From NCBI GenBank assembly GCA_046754105.1, contig JBHHVD010000018.1, positions 1 through 41,384 of the forward strand: a stretch of 41,384 bases of DNA, given 5' to 3'. The notes under the pieces are model-generated. The model worked only from the letters and a program-made list of their open reading frames with translations. It had not been told where the DNA came from and did no database searches. The stretch comes from Candidatus Krumholzibacteriia bacterium. GTDB taxonomy: Bacteria; Krumholzibacteriota; Krumholzibacteriia; WVZY01. Shown here piece after piece: positions 29,245 through 38,508 of this stretch. Within the stretch, counting starts at the first letter, position 1. Every line of letters begins with the position of its first letter. The position numbers were made by a program, and so were the translations under genes.

Positions 29245-29669
29245 AGTACATATAGAAACGGCTGGACCTTCCGGCGTTGATCTCGTGGGTTACTCTGGTG
29301 AGAGCATCATCAGAGCACACACCAGAGCAGTGCACACGTGAGTGTTCAAAGACACTCAAACACGGAGGTATCCGCCATGGATAAGTTTATCTATGTCGGT
29401 CCTGATGTGCATCTTAATTCCATCACCGCCGCCGTCCTGGAGGACGATGTCCAAGCGCCACAAGTGATTAAACTCTCAGGCGATGCATCGTCGATGGCTC
29501 ACCAAACTCCGCGATGAACTCGACGGTGCCATGCACACCGCACTCGCCACCGAACTCGAGCACCTCGAGTATCTTGAAACCCAGCGCGGGGTCCTCTATG
29601 ATGAGATCACCCGATACGCCCGGGACTCGACACTACAAAACGGAGGTTGACACCAGCCGTTTCCATATC
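29245..29669 (+). mobile_element. Internally deleted, non-autonomous IS110-family (IS1111-subgroup-like) element, 425 bp
   Basis: Sub-terminal inverted repeats ATATAGAAACGGCTGG (29250-29265) and CCAGCCGTTTCCATAT (29653-29668) match at 15/16. TTGACA (29647-29652) lies just inside the right repeat, and transposase fragments lie between the repeats. Confidence 0.8.
29377..29622 (+). pseudogene. IS110-family transposase remnant
   Basis: GGAGGT plus ATG gives MDKFIYVGPDVHLNSITAAV (YVGxDVH, DEDD-domain start), with a stop at 29515. A second frame gives HRRWLTKLRDEL...LEHLEYLETQR, resembling the coiled-coil middle of these transposases. Confidence 0.8.
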
Positions 29670-32600
29670 ACTTGAGCAACACCAGTTTGCGGGTCATCGT
29701 GAAGTTCCGGGCCGCGAGCTTGTAGAAATACACGCCCGAGGAAACGGCCTGGCCGGCGTTGTTCGTACCGTCCCACGTGACCGAAAAGCCGCCGGCCTGC
29801 GGTACCTGGACCTGGTTCACCAGTGTGCGCACAAGCTGTCCGGCTGCGTTGTAGATCTTCAGGGTCACGTGGCCTCGATCCTTGATCTCGTACCCGATGG
29901 TCGTCGTCGGGTTGAACGGGTTTGGATAGTTGGGCCTGAGGACGTTCGCGTACAGTTGCGGCTCGAATCCCGTCGGGGTCGGGACGATGTTTTGCAGGAA
30001 TTCGAGAACGTGCTCGAGGTGCGTCACCCGCGCCAGGATGCTACCGGGGGTTCCGGGGTCGCGGATGAAATGGTAGCTGAATCCGGACAGCAGGAAGCGG
30101 GCGGTACTGCCAGCCGAATTGGCCGTCGTCTGGCTCAGGACGTAGGTCTTGCCCGTCGCTGCATTTTCCATCTCCGCGACGGACAAACCGGTCGCCTGCA
30201 GGAGGTCGAAATCATTGAAGATGGGGCAGCCGCCGTAGACCACCAGCGAGTCTGGCTTGAACCCGGACATGTTGAACGATCCCGATCCCCCCGGCGCGCC
30301 GGAAACCAGCGGCGAGGCCGGCTCGCCGGCGTTCTTGTGGTCACCGTTCGGGGCCGCCGGGTCCAGGTTGAAGTTCATATAGACCGAGCGCGTGTTCACG
30401 GCACTTGCGCCGATCAAGGTCAGCGCCCAATCCGAGGCGACGTCGTCACCGCTGTAGTAGACACCCGGGTTGTTGGTGTGCGTGTCGAGGAACTGGAAGA
30501 TCAGCGAGAAGTCGGGGGACTTGTTCTGCCCTCCACCCCCTCCAACGGTTCCGCCGTCTCCCATCAGTCCGCTCTCGCGGTTGCCCGAATTCCAGATGAT
30601 CTTGCGGTACGGACCGATGATCTGGGTAGCGACGTTCTTCACACGGGTCGCCAGACCGTTGCCTCCGAAGGTCGACGAGTCGAGGATATCGTAGCGGTCG
30701 ACCTCGTCCCTGATCTGTAAGTAATCCAGGGCCGTATCAAAGAACAGCTGCGTCGGCCCTCCTCGGTCGTCGGCGTCATCGACGTAGAGGATATCGCCTC
30801 CCCTCGCCACACCACCCGCGGGGAGAATCGTGAATTCCATGGGGGAACTCGCCGCCTGGTTGATGTCCGTGGTGACGTTATTCTGCCCCTGACCGTCGAA
30901 GAGGCGGTGGCAGTACGTCGCGTTTCCGAGACCGTCATCCGCACCGAAGAAGTAACAGATGGTATCCCCCGGCGAAAAGACGTTGTCGTTGAGGTCGACG
31001 CACACGAGGCCGGCGGGTCCCACGCCCCCCGCCACCGTCACGACGCTGTCCATGCGGAACTGGTACCACTGCGCGCCCCCCAGCACGGGGCTGGCCACCA
31101 GCGGCCACCGCTTGCCAACACCGGCTCGCGTTTCCTGCGCCTCGATGTTCACGCCGGCCTTTCCGGTCTGGCCCTGGGGCCACACGGCCGCGTAGAGGTA
31201 CGCCGCCGGGCCCACGCCCGTAAGCCCATCGGTGCCGACGGGCCGCACCGTCATGCTCACCGAGTCACCCGGCAAAACCGTGGGACTCGTCGCCGGTGCG
31301 ATGTCCTCTGCCCGGTCGGCGCGCGCCGTACCGGTCAGGGTGCCGTCCTCGGCGAAGTTGTCCTGAAAGAGATCGATGTGGCGGATACCCCACTGCGGGC
31401 CGAGCACGTTGATACGCTTGAGGTGGATCTCGTCTATCAACGGCGCGTGGCTGTGACAGGCTCCCGAACCAAGAACACCACACCAGATGCCGCACAGGTC
31501 CACTACGCCCACGGCGATCTGGATGTTGGGGGCGCCGGCATCGATGAGATCACCGACCGGCTCCTCGAACGGCAGCCAGAACTTGTGTCCCCCGTAGTAG
31601 ACGTATTCCCGGTCCCGCCACGCGGTGGGACATCCCGTCCCGTCGATCGTGCGCACTTTCCACGTAAAAAACTGCAGGTTGTCGTGTGGAAGATCCTTGT
31701 AGACACGGAACCCCAGCCGGTACTCCGCACCGGCACCGATGTTGGCAATCGCCGGCGACCAGATCTCGTTGCTGAGATAGAGACCCGCGGCATTCCCGAA
31801 CGGGAGCGCCCCTACACTGGGCAGGGGGTTGGGTATGTGGCAGTTGTAGTTCGTGCTCGCCGGATTGTCGAACCATGCCCAGAAGAAGGAAAAGGCCGTA
31901 AAGCAGGCGTCCTCCTGGAGGACCGAAACGCCCGGGTAGAGCGCGGCAAAGTCACCAAAAGGAGCGGGAGCTGTGGCACTCCAGATACCGGCCGTCGTCG
32001 ATCCGTCGGCCGCGCTTTCGAACGTCTCCAGGTTGGTGCTCGCCTGGATTCCGGAGGCCCACGTGGTCACGGTCACGCTGTCGACGAGGATCGCACCGTC
32101 CGTCGGCCACAGGCCGTCCTCGTCCGATCGCGCGCCGTCGGATTGAAACCGGAAGCGAACCAGGACCGCGGACAACCCACCCGCTGCGAAGGACTCGACG
32201 AGGGTCGTCGGGCCGAGATCGTAGATATTCGCGCGTTCCGTCAGACCCGCGCCCACCGGGAACGCGGTCCAGGTCACTCCGCCATCGCCCGAATACTCGA
32301 CCACGGTACCGTCGTAACCCGGCTCCGAATCCCAGAACACCTTGTATGCGATACGCACGCTGTCACCGGGCAGCGTGCTCGTCGTCAGTATCTGATCCCA
32401 GTCGTTGCCGTAACCGGGCAGTTCGGCCCACCCGCAAAACGGGATCGCCGTCGTCGGCGCAACACCGCACCACATGGACTTGCTACCCTCGAGCGGAAGC
32501 AGGTTGCCGTGGTTGCCGCCGTTCAACTCGCCCGCGCTCGAGGCCACGTGCCAGAACTGGGACAGCTGCGCCGTGAGGTCGACCGAAATCCAACCCTGCG

Positions 32601-32799
32601 CGCTGCCAACCCCGCCGGCGTCGAAGCTGAACCAGCCGAGGTCGAACGTGTCGACCGCGGCCGCGGACAGGGACGCGCCGATGATCGGATCTTGTGTGGG
32701 AAAGGGCGGGTTGCGGCTCTTTCGTCCCGCGTCGCTCTCCGTCGCGAGAACACACGCCACAGCCGCCAGAATCACGCTGACTGATAACAGTTTCTTCAT
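29668..32799 (-). CDS. Large secreted protein with C-terminal FlgD Ig-like (secretion/sorting-type) domain
   Basis: Signal peptide MKKLLSVSVILAAVAC. C-terminus NYPNPFNPTTTI...GQLVRTLV...WDGTN...SSGVYFYKL. A SEPGYDG beta-sandwich motif is present. Confidence 0.85.
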   Translation of the reverse strand: MKKLLSVSVILAAVACVLATESDAGRKSRNPPFPTQDPIIGASLSAAAVDTFDLGWFSFDAGGVGSAQGWISVDLTAQLSQFWHVASSAGELNGGNHGNLLPLEGSKSMWCGVAPTTAIPFCGWAELPGYGNDWDQILTTSTLPGDSVRIAYKVFWDSEPGYDGTVVEYSGDGGVTWTAFPVGAGLTERANIYDLGPTTLVESFAAGGLSAVLVRFRFQSDGARSDEDGLWPTDGAILVDSVTVTTWASGIQASTNLETFESAADGSTTAGIWSATAPAPFGDFAALYPGVSVLQEDACFTAFSFFWAWFDNPASTNYNCHIPNPLPSVGALPFGNAAGLYLSNEIWSPAIANIGAGAEYRLGFRVYKDLPHDNLQFFTWKVRTIDGTGCPTAWRDREYVYYGGHKFWLPFEEPVGDLIDAGAPNIQIAVGVVDLCGIWCGVLGSGACHSHAPLIDEIHLKRINVLGPQWGIRHIDLFQDNFAEDGTLTGTARADRAEDIAPATSPTVLPGDSVSMTVRPVGTDGLTGVGPAAYLYAAVWPQGQTGKAGVNIEAQETRAGVGKRWPLVASPVLGGAQWYQFRMDSVVTVAGGVGPAGLVCVDLNDNVFSPGDTICYFFGADDGLGNATYCHRLFDGQGQNNVTTDINQAASSPMEFTILPAGGVARGGDILYVDDADDRGGPTQLFFDTALDYLQIRDEVDRYDILDSSTFGGNGLATRVKNVATQIIGPYRKIIWNSGNRESGLMGDGGTVGGGGGQNKSPDFSLIFQFLDTHTNNPGVYYSGDDVASDWALTLIGASAVNTRSVYMNFNLDPAAPNGDHKNAGEPASPLVSGAPGGSGSFNMSGFKPDSLVVYGGCPIFNDFDLLQATGLSVAEMENAATGKTYVLSQTTANSAGSTARFLLSGFSYHFIRDPGTPGSILARVTHLEHVLEFLQNIVPTPTGFEPQLYANVLRPNYPNPFNPTTTIGYEIKDRGHVTLKIYNAAGQLVRTLVNQVQVPQAGGFSVTWDGTNNAGQAVSSGVYFYKLAARNFTMTRKLVLLK

Positions 32800-33135
32800 G
32801 GTTCGACCACGCTCCCGGAGAAGTGAAACGCCTGTGAGGAGCGAGGTGCGGACGCGGCACACGAGGAAAGGCACCCTCTCGAGTGTGCAAAGGCGGCGGT
32901 GCGGACACGCAGGCCCGGGTCCGCAACGAGAAGGGCCTCGTGAACTCGCTACCAGCACTCCTCTCTAGAAAGTCCGTGAAAAGTATCCCCTGCCGACCGG
33001 CGGCTAATTATATAGTATTCAAGGCACTTAGTCAACAAGTTACGCGGCCGCCCGGCCTCGTCGCCGGCGGTATTCCAGGGCAATCCCGTTCTTGAACCAG
33101 CTATTGGAGGCGCGTGCTCCCTAGACAGCGCTCGC

Positions 33136-33149
33136 TTGACATTCGTCAA
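33136..33149. promoter_or_regulatory. TTGAC-N4-GTCAA palindrome (CRP/FNR-family variant or -35 element)
   Basis: CTTGACATTCGTCAAG lies about 70 bp upstream of ATG 33221. Confidence 0.4.
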
Positions 33150-33220
33150 GAAACATTCCCAGTCCGTAGTCCGTCTTGAGCCACAGCACCGGACGGCCTG
33201 CAAACTGGAAGGAGCAAGTC

Positions 33221-33634
33221 ATGTTTCATCGCCGGAAACTCCGGGTCGTGGCGCCCCCTGCGGCGGCCACCGTCGCCCTGACACTGTTCGGCTGCTCGAG
33301 TCCCGTGGTCAACATGCACAGCCGGAATCGCGTGGAGACCTTGGCCGTGGTAAACAACGGCCGTTCGATCGCGGCGGGCAACGTGGTTTTCGCGCTGGAG
33401 TTGCAGGACACGAGGGAGGAAATCGGCCTCAGAGACATCGATCGTTTTCTCGCCTGGCGCGAGGCCGGCCGGGTCAGCCAGGCGCTCAGATCAGAAATGC
33501 TGGCGAAAAAGGAAAAAGTAGATGCGACCCTCACCGCCGCAGGAACCTTGTATCGGGTTGAGAATTTGAGCGATCCTCTCGTCCGGCGGGCATTCGAATG
33601 CTTGCGCGAGAAGAGGGTTATCAGTCTCAGATAG
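33221..33634 (+). CDS. Hypothetical protein, probable lipoprotein
   Basis: AAGGAG RBS, basic N-terminus, hydrophobic stretch and lipobox LFGC. Confidence 0.6.
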   Translation: MFHRRKLRVVAPPAAATVALTLFGCSSPVVNMHSRNRVETLAVVNNGRSIAAGNVVFALELQDTREEIGLRDIDRFLAWREAGRVSQALRSEMLAKKEKVDATLTAAGTLYRVENLSDPLVRRAFECLREKRVISLR

Positions 33635-33807
33635 TACCGGCGCGCCGGCCTGTGACGCACGGCTGCCGATGTCTCCAGGACGATGCGATGCGCTCGTCCT
33701 GGGCATTGCAAGGCGAACGAAGCTTACCACGATTCCCTTGGACGTGCCGGACCCGTAACAGGTGGGGTGCTTGGCGAGGATTCCAACTCGGCGCAACCTG
33801 AAAAAGA

Positions 33808-33883
<76 letters not shown>

Positions 33884-34139
33884 ACCTGGGATTCCTTTTT
33901 GGAGAGCACCGGCGCTCGGAAAAACACCGCACGACGCCGGCTGCTACAACTCGATACGGCGATGAATGATAGCGGGCAATAAACGATCTGGCAATAGAAT
34001 TGTTATCCGTGGTGGTAACCGGCGTTGCAACTCCTGCGGCCCGGCCCTGTGGGCATGCGGCGCCCGGCGGCGGGAGCGTGGCTCACGGACGCCACAGCGC
34101 GGCCTTGGGGCGCGGGCTCGAACGTCGTATAGACCGCCC

Positions 34140-34190
34140 GCCGGATGCCGACCCCGACTCGAGCATCACTTCCCCGTTTCGGCATCCGGC
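34140..34190 (-). terminator. 12-bp hairpin downstream of the porin-cytochrome genes
   Basis: GCCGGATGCCGA / TCGGCATCCGGC, 15 bp after the stop at 34206. There is no U-tract, so it may be a stabilising stem instead. Confidence 0.35.
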
Positions 34191-34205
34191 AGAGTGGGCG
34201 ATGGT

Positions 34206-35276
34206 TCACCGTTGGCCCGATTGCGAGCCGTGCCGTTTGGCGGCGACGTCCGCGGGCGGTGCCGGCAACACTCCCTGCATGAACAGGATCGAAGAGTTCA
34301 AGAGACCCTCGATATACTCGCGGTTATGCACACCGCGGCTCCGGTCCTCCTCGACCAGAAGAAAATTCCACACCGCTCCGGCGGAATCCGACGAGGCGAC
34401 CACGCGCGGATTGGTACTGGACCCCACGGTGTGGCCCTGGGCATCGATGAGGTTGGCCGCAAGGAGCTGCGCCTTCAGCGTGGCCAGGAGGGCTTCGACA
34501 CTGGTTTGCACACCAAACCTGTCGAAATCGGGTAACGTGCCGTGACAGCTCTTGCACGCTTCCGTGTTCATAACGGTGTCCGCCGCCTCAACGAACGTCA
34601 TGTTGAAGGAGTGCCCCCCCAGGACGAGATTTTGCGTCACGTCCTTGTGGCAATCGATACAACCGTCGGTTGTGAAAAGCTTGTGGCCGGTATCCGTGTA
34701 GTTGAAACTCGCGTACTCGTACCCGTTCGAGCCGATGAGCATATCGCCCTGGACACTATGGTGCGGTCCCCAGTATGGGCTCGTGAATATGACCGTGTCG
34801 TTGGCCGTCTTCACGAAGGTATCCACGTTCTGCCGCGAATGATGGCACGAAACGCAGAGGTTGCCCGCGCCCAGGTCGAAAGACACTCCGTTCTGGAGGA
34901 CGGCGTCCGTCGTCACTCGCAGCCCGAAATCCCCGCTCGTGTGCGGCGCGTGGCAGGTGAAGCAGTGGATCGGCGTCGGATTGTCGACGATCGGCGGCAC
35001 GGTGCCGCCGGTCACGCTGGCCACGAATCCCTCGCTCGTGTGGCACACCTGGCACCCGTTGTCATTGTGGTCGATGTTGTTGCCGCTCGCGTGTACGGAG
35101 TTCAGCCACTGCTGCTCTGCGGAGACCAGGAATGTATTGTTATCGCTGTGACAGTCGAAGCAGTTCTGGGCCGTTACAACCTGTTCGACCCTGGTAATCT
35201 GCCGTTCACAGGCACCGATGGCGACGATCACCGCCAGCGAGGCGAAAAACACCAGGCCCCTTCTTAGTATCTTCAT
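34206..35276 (-). CDS. Hexaheme cytochrome c lipoprotein
   Basis: Lipobox IGAC and six CxxCH (CFDCH, CQVCH, CFTCH, CVSCH, CIDCH, CKSCH). Helical C-terminus with DRSRGVHN. Confidence 0.88.
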   Translation of the reverse strand: MKILRRGLVFFASLAVIVAIGACERQITRVEQVVTAQNCFDCHSDNNTFLVSAEQQWLNSVHASGNNIDHNDNGCQVCHTSEGFVASVTGGTVPPIVDNPTPIHCFTCHAPHTSGDFGLRVTTDAVLQNGVSFDLGAGNLCVSCHHSRQNVDTFVKTANDTVIFTSPYWGPHHSVQGDMLIGSNGYEYASFNYTDTGHKLFTTDGCIDCHKDVTQNLVLGGHSFNMTFVEAADTVMNTEACKSCHGTLPDFDRFGVQTSVEALLATLKAQLLAANLIDAQGHTVGSSTNPRVVASSDSAGAVWNFLLVEEDRSRGVHNREYIEGLLNSSILFMQGVLPAPPADVAAKRHGSQSGQR

Positions 35277-35302
35277 TTTGGTCCTCCCTTTTCTGCGCAC
35301 TA

Positions 35303-36889
35303 TTATTTCCCGGCCCCGAAATCGTATGCGATATTGAACCAGACGACGTTTGCGGTGTAGTAGCGGTTGAGGAGAATAAAGTCGTCGTAGTTGTACGCGT
35401 TGTACTTTACCTCCAGGTGATAGACGTTCCTGTACGTATAGACGGCTTCGAGAAAGAGGGTGGATTTTTCGATATCGAGGTCCCGTGCCACGTCCGTGAA
35501 CGTGATTCCCGCCGCGCTCTTGAACGCCCCGTACGACGGCTCGACGCGGCCGGTGACGAACTGGCTGCGCGTGTTGAACGAGCCCACGCGATCGTCGAAA
35601 TTGTCTTCGGAGTAGGAGTAGTCGGCGCTCAGGGCCGCGCTCAGCCGTCCCCACAGCCGCGAGTCGTACCGGAGATAGCCGCTGATGCTCTCGCCTTCGG
35701 TGTCGACGCCGATGTCGTGCAGTTCTCTGTTTCGGATCACGTATCGGGTGCCGAGCGTGACTTTCTTGATCGGGTAGACGTCGATCTTGGCCTCGGTCCG
35801 TTCCGCCTCCGAATCCCGCAGCAGGGTGAAATCATCCTTGTCTTCTTTCGAACGGTTCGAGTAGTGAACGCTCGCCCGCATCACGCCGGGGATTCGGACC
35901 TTCGTCCCACCCCGGTACGTGTTGTAGCGGGTCAGCGACCGGTCGTCGTCGCTCAGCTCGTAGCTGTACCCACCCCACACCGCTCCGTACCGGTGCCAGT
36001 ACCTTGCGTCGAAATCGTTTTGAAAATCGTCCGTCCGCAGCAGCGTGGCATCATCTTCGACACGCCGCGCGAGGAACTTGTACTTGAACTGGAAGCGCTG
36101 CACCGGCCGCAGGACGCCGGAGTATTGAAAGCTCTTCGTCGTGTGCTCAAGCGCTGTGTTGGACAGCTCGGACTTTCCATACGAGGCGCGGAGCGTATGC
36201 GTGAGCTTGTCGGTGAAAACGCCGGGGAGAAAGAGCCGCACGGAAAACACTTTGCCGTCTCGATCCGCCGTATCAAAAAGATCGTCGGAGTAATCCGAGA
36301 ATTCATACGCGAGCGCTACGAACCTGGGGCCGCGACGGAACTGTCCCTCGAAGCGGCCGCTCTTCAAGGTGTAGTCGTATCCGGTCCCGAGGTCGCTCTG
36401 TACGCCCGCCGGAAAGCCCAGGCGGCTTCCCTTGCGCGACATACGGCTGTAGTCGGCGGACAGCAGCATCCACGGCGCCGGTGTCACGCGCGAGCCAAAT
36501 CGCCAGTCGCGTCGCTCCGAGCTCACCGCCCGGGCCGGATCGAAAACCTGGCGGTTCTGGTCGTAGCTGGTCTTGAAACTGATCACCGACGGTATCCTGA
36601 ATTCGAATCGTCCCTTGCGGCTGTCCTGGTTGAGGTCGCGGAGGTCCAGGGAGAAGAAGCTCCGCGGGTAGGTCCCCGGGTCGAAACTGCCCCGCAGGCG
36701 GATCCCGGTCAGGTTGAACCCGTCGTAGAGATTGTACGTCTCCTGCATGGCGGAAAAGTCCCCCACGTCCTCGTCGACGACGACACCGCCAAGCCGAATC
36801 GTCCCTTCGACGTCGCCCGCCTGCGCCGGTAGCGCGAACATGGCGACCACCGCGCCGGCCACCAGTACCATATTCAACGCCGTCTTCAT
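35303..36889 (-). CDS. MtrB/PioB-like outer-membrane beta-barrel
   Basis: Signal peptide, a long Tyr/Asp/Arg-rich series of amphipathic strands and C-terminal FNIAYDF. TGATG-coupled to the decaheme gene. Confidence 0.8.
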   Translation of the reverse strand: MKTALNMVLVAGAVVAMFALPAQAGDVEGTIRLGGVVVDEDVGDFSAMQETYNLYDGFNLTGIRLRGSFDPGTYPRSFFSLDLRDLNQDSRKGRFEFRIPSVISFKTSYDQNRQVFDPARAVSSERRDWRFGSRVTPAPWMLLSADYSRMSRKGSRLGFPAGVQSDLGTGYDYTLKSGRFEGQFRRGPRFVALAYEFSDYSDDLFDTADRDGKVFSVRLFLPGVFTDKLTHTLRASYGKSELSNTALEHTTKSFQYSGVLRPVQRFQFKYKFLARRVEDDATLLRTDDFQNDFDARYWHRYGAVWGGYSYELSDDDRSLTRYNTYRGGTKVRIPGVMRASVHYSNRSKEDKDDFTLLRDSEAERTEAKIDVYPIKKVTLGTRYVIRNRELHDIGVDTEGESISGYLRYDSRLWGRLSAALSADYSYSEDNFDDRVGSFNTRSQFVTGRVEPSYGAFKSAAGITFTDVARDLDIEKSTLFLEAVYTYRNVYHLEVKYNAYNYDDFILLNRYYTANVVWFNIAYDFGAGK

Positions 36890-37842
36890 CACTGCGTCCT
36901 CACCGACATCCCGTGACACCCCACGGCGAAGCACCCCTGGGGCTCCAGTGCCGGCGTCAGGAACTTGTCGTTTCGATACGAACCGTGTATGTCGACGTGA
37001 CAATCGCTGCACGGCATGCCCGCCCACTGCGTGCCGTGACGTGAATTGAACTGGTGCTTGGGAACAACGTGGCACTGTGCGCACAGCGCAAAGTTCGGGG
37101 GCTCGTACGTTTGTTTCAGGAGGCGCGGGAGGTTCGAGCCGTGCGCGGCATGACAGTTCAAACACCCTCCCTCCTCGGTCGAGAACTCTAGTGTCGCCTG
37201 GTGTTCGAACGGGAACGGCCCCTGCATCTGGTTATGGCAGGTGTAGCACAGCTCCGTCGCCCCGGCGTATGCGATCTGGCGATGACTCTGGTCGAGGGCG
37301 ATGTGGCAATCGCTGCACTTGACGACACCGTCGTCGACGGGATGCCGGAAGGGCTTGCTGAAATCACCTCTCACCGAGGGGTGACAAGACACGCAAAGGG
37401 TCGCTTCATCGTCTTTGAGGAGCCGTTCGTGCTTGTTGTTGTGGATTCCGTGGCAGGCGGTGCAGTTGACGTCGTTGTCGCCGTGCACGTTTCGCTCGAG
37501 CATGTTCTGCTGGTGCGGGTTGGCGTGACACGACGCGCAGATGAGCGCCGCCGTGACCACGTCCGCTCGAGCGGCGTTGCGGGGTAGCGCCTCATCCGGG
37601 TCGTCCATGTGGGCCTCCCCACCGGCATGGCAGCTGGAACAAAACACCCGCATCCCGGCCCCCGTAGTATGGAGCTGATGGGCGCTGCCCCTCACCGAAG
37701 CGTCGTAGTCGTCGTGGCAGTCGAGGCAATCGCTGGCGTAGTCCTTCTCGATCGCCGACGCCGCCCGGGCCCGAGCCGCTGCGCCCGCGGCGACCAGCGA
37801 GGCTAGGCAAAGGATGATCCAGTGTTGGCGTGCGCGCCGCAT
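36889..37842 (-). CDS. MtrA/DmsE-family decaheme cytochrome c
   Basis: Signal peptide, ten CxxCH, family motifs PFRHPV, GPFPFEH and DIHGS, and an extra terminal CFAVGCH. Confidence 0.9.
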   Translation of the reverse strand: MRRARQHWIILCLASLVAAGAAARARAASAIEKDYASDCLDCHDDYDASVRGSAHQLHTTGAGMRVFCSSCHAGGEAHMDDPDEALPRNAARADVVTAALICASCHANPHQQNMLERNVHGDNDVNCTACHGIHNNKHERLLKDDEATLCVSCHPSVRGDFSKPFRHPVDDGVVKCSDCHIALDQSHRQIAYAGATELCYTCHNQMQGPFPFEHQATLEFSTEEGGCLNCHAAHGSNLPRLLKQTYEPPNFALCAQCHVVPKHQFNSRHGTQWAGMPCSDCHVDIHGSYRNDKFLTPALEPQGCFAVGCHGMSVRTQ

Positions 37843-37868
37843 GTGTGACCAATCCCACGTATGCTTAA

Positions 37869-37886
37869 TTGTGAAATCTTTCTCAA
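37869..37886. promoter_or_regulatory. Rex-like operator
   Basis: TTGTGAAATCTTTCTCAA has 1 mismatch to TTGTGAA-N4-TTCACAA and begins 27 bp from the start codon. Confidence 0.6.
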
Positions 37887-37942
37887 GCACTAGTGTTACC
37901 TTGTGCGAGTGGGGGACCCCCGTCAACGTTTTTTGACGGAAA

Positions 37943-37956
37943 TTGATAAAAATCAA
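37943..37956. promoter_or_regulatory. FNR/CRP-family box
   Basis: TTGATAAAAATCAA is a perfect consensus and the exact reverse complement of the box at 22855. Confidence 0.7.
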
Positions 37957-37961
37957 GCGCT

Positions 37962-38507
37962 TCGAGCCACAAAGTTCGTTCGCCGGATAACGTCATCGAT
38001 CGTGCGATCCTGACCGGCCAGATCGATCGAACGCTCCCGGAAATCAAGCGGCTGGCGGTGGAAGCCATGGAAACGGATTACGAGACCGAAACCGCCGCCT
38101 TGCAGAGCATCGCTTCCAGGATTCCGGCGTTTTACAGGGACGACCATCCCGAGGTCTTCAGCCGGCGCCGCGTTGCAATACAGCAGGCCGTGCTTGCGAC
38201 CCAGCAGCAATTTTCTCAAAGCATGTTTCCCGAGATGAAAGTGCGTTGGAACCATTACCCGGACAACATCGGACATTTTATCTTTCCCGGGTGCATGCGC
38301 TGTCACGACGGCAACAAAGTCAGCGAAGACGGTTGGGTCGTGACCCGCGAGTGCAAGACCTTTCACACGATACTCTCCCAGGGTAGCGGCGAGCGACTGC
38401 AAATGGCCACGTCGCAGGACGGCCTCGAATTCGTCCATCCAGAGGACATCGATGAGGAGTGGCGGGAGACGGGATGCTATGAGTGTCACACCGGCACGCA
38501 ACCGTGA
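37962..38507 (+). pseudogene. 5'-truncated multiheme cytochrome c (C-terminal part of an extended NapC/NirT-type protein)
   Basis: The frame is open from the stop at 37947 and reads SHKVRSPDNVIDRAILTGQIDRTLPEIK...FPEMKVRW...NIGH...CMRCH. One motif is broken (CKTFH) and CYECH is intact. No signal peptide or TM helix. Confidence 0.7.
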
Positions 38508-38508
38508 G

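Noticed and set aside
33760..33800. T-loop-like GTTGGAATCC downstream of tRNA-Phe
   Set aside because: No cloverleaf can be formed, and it fits a simple hairpin better.
33988..34004. Sigma54-like TGGCAATAGAATTGTT
   Set aside because: It lacks the -12 GC and points to no credible gene.
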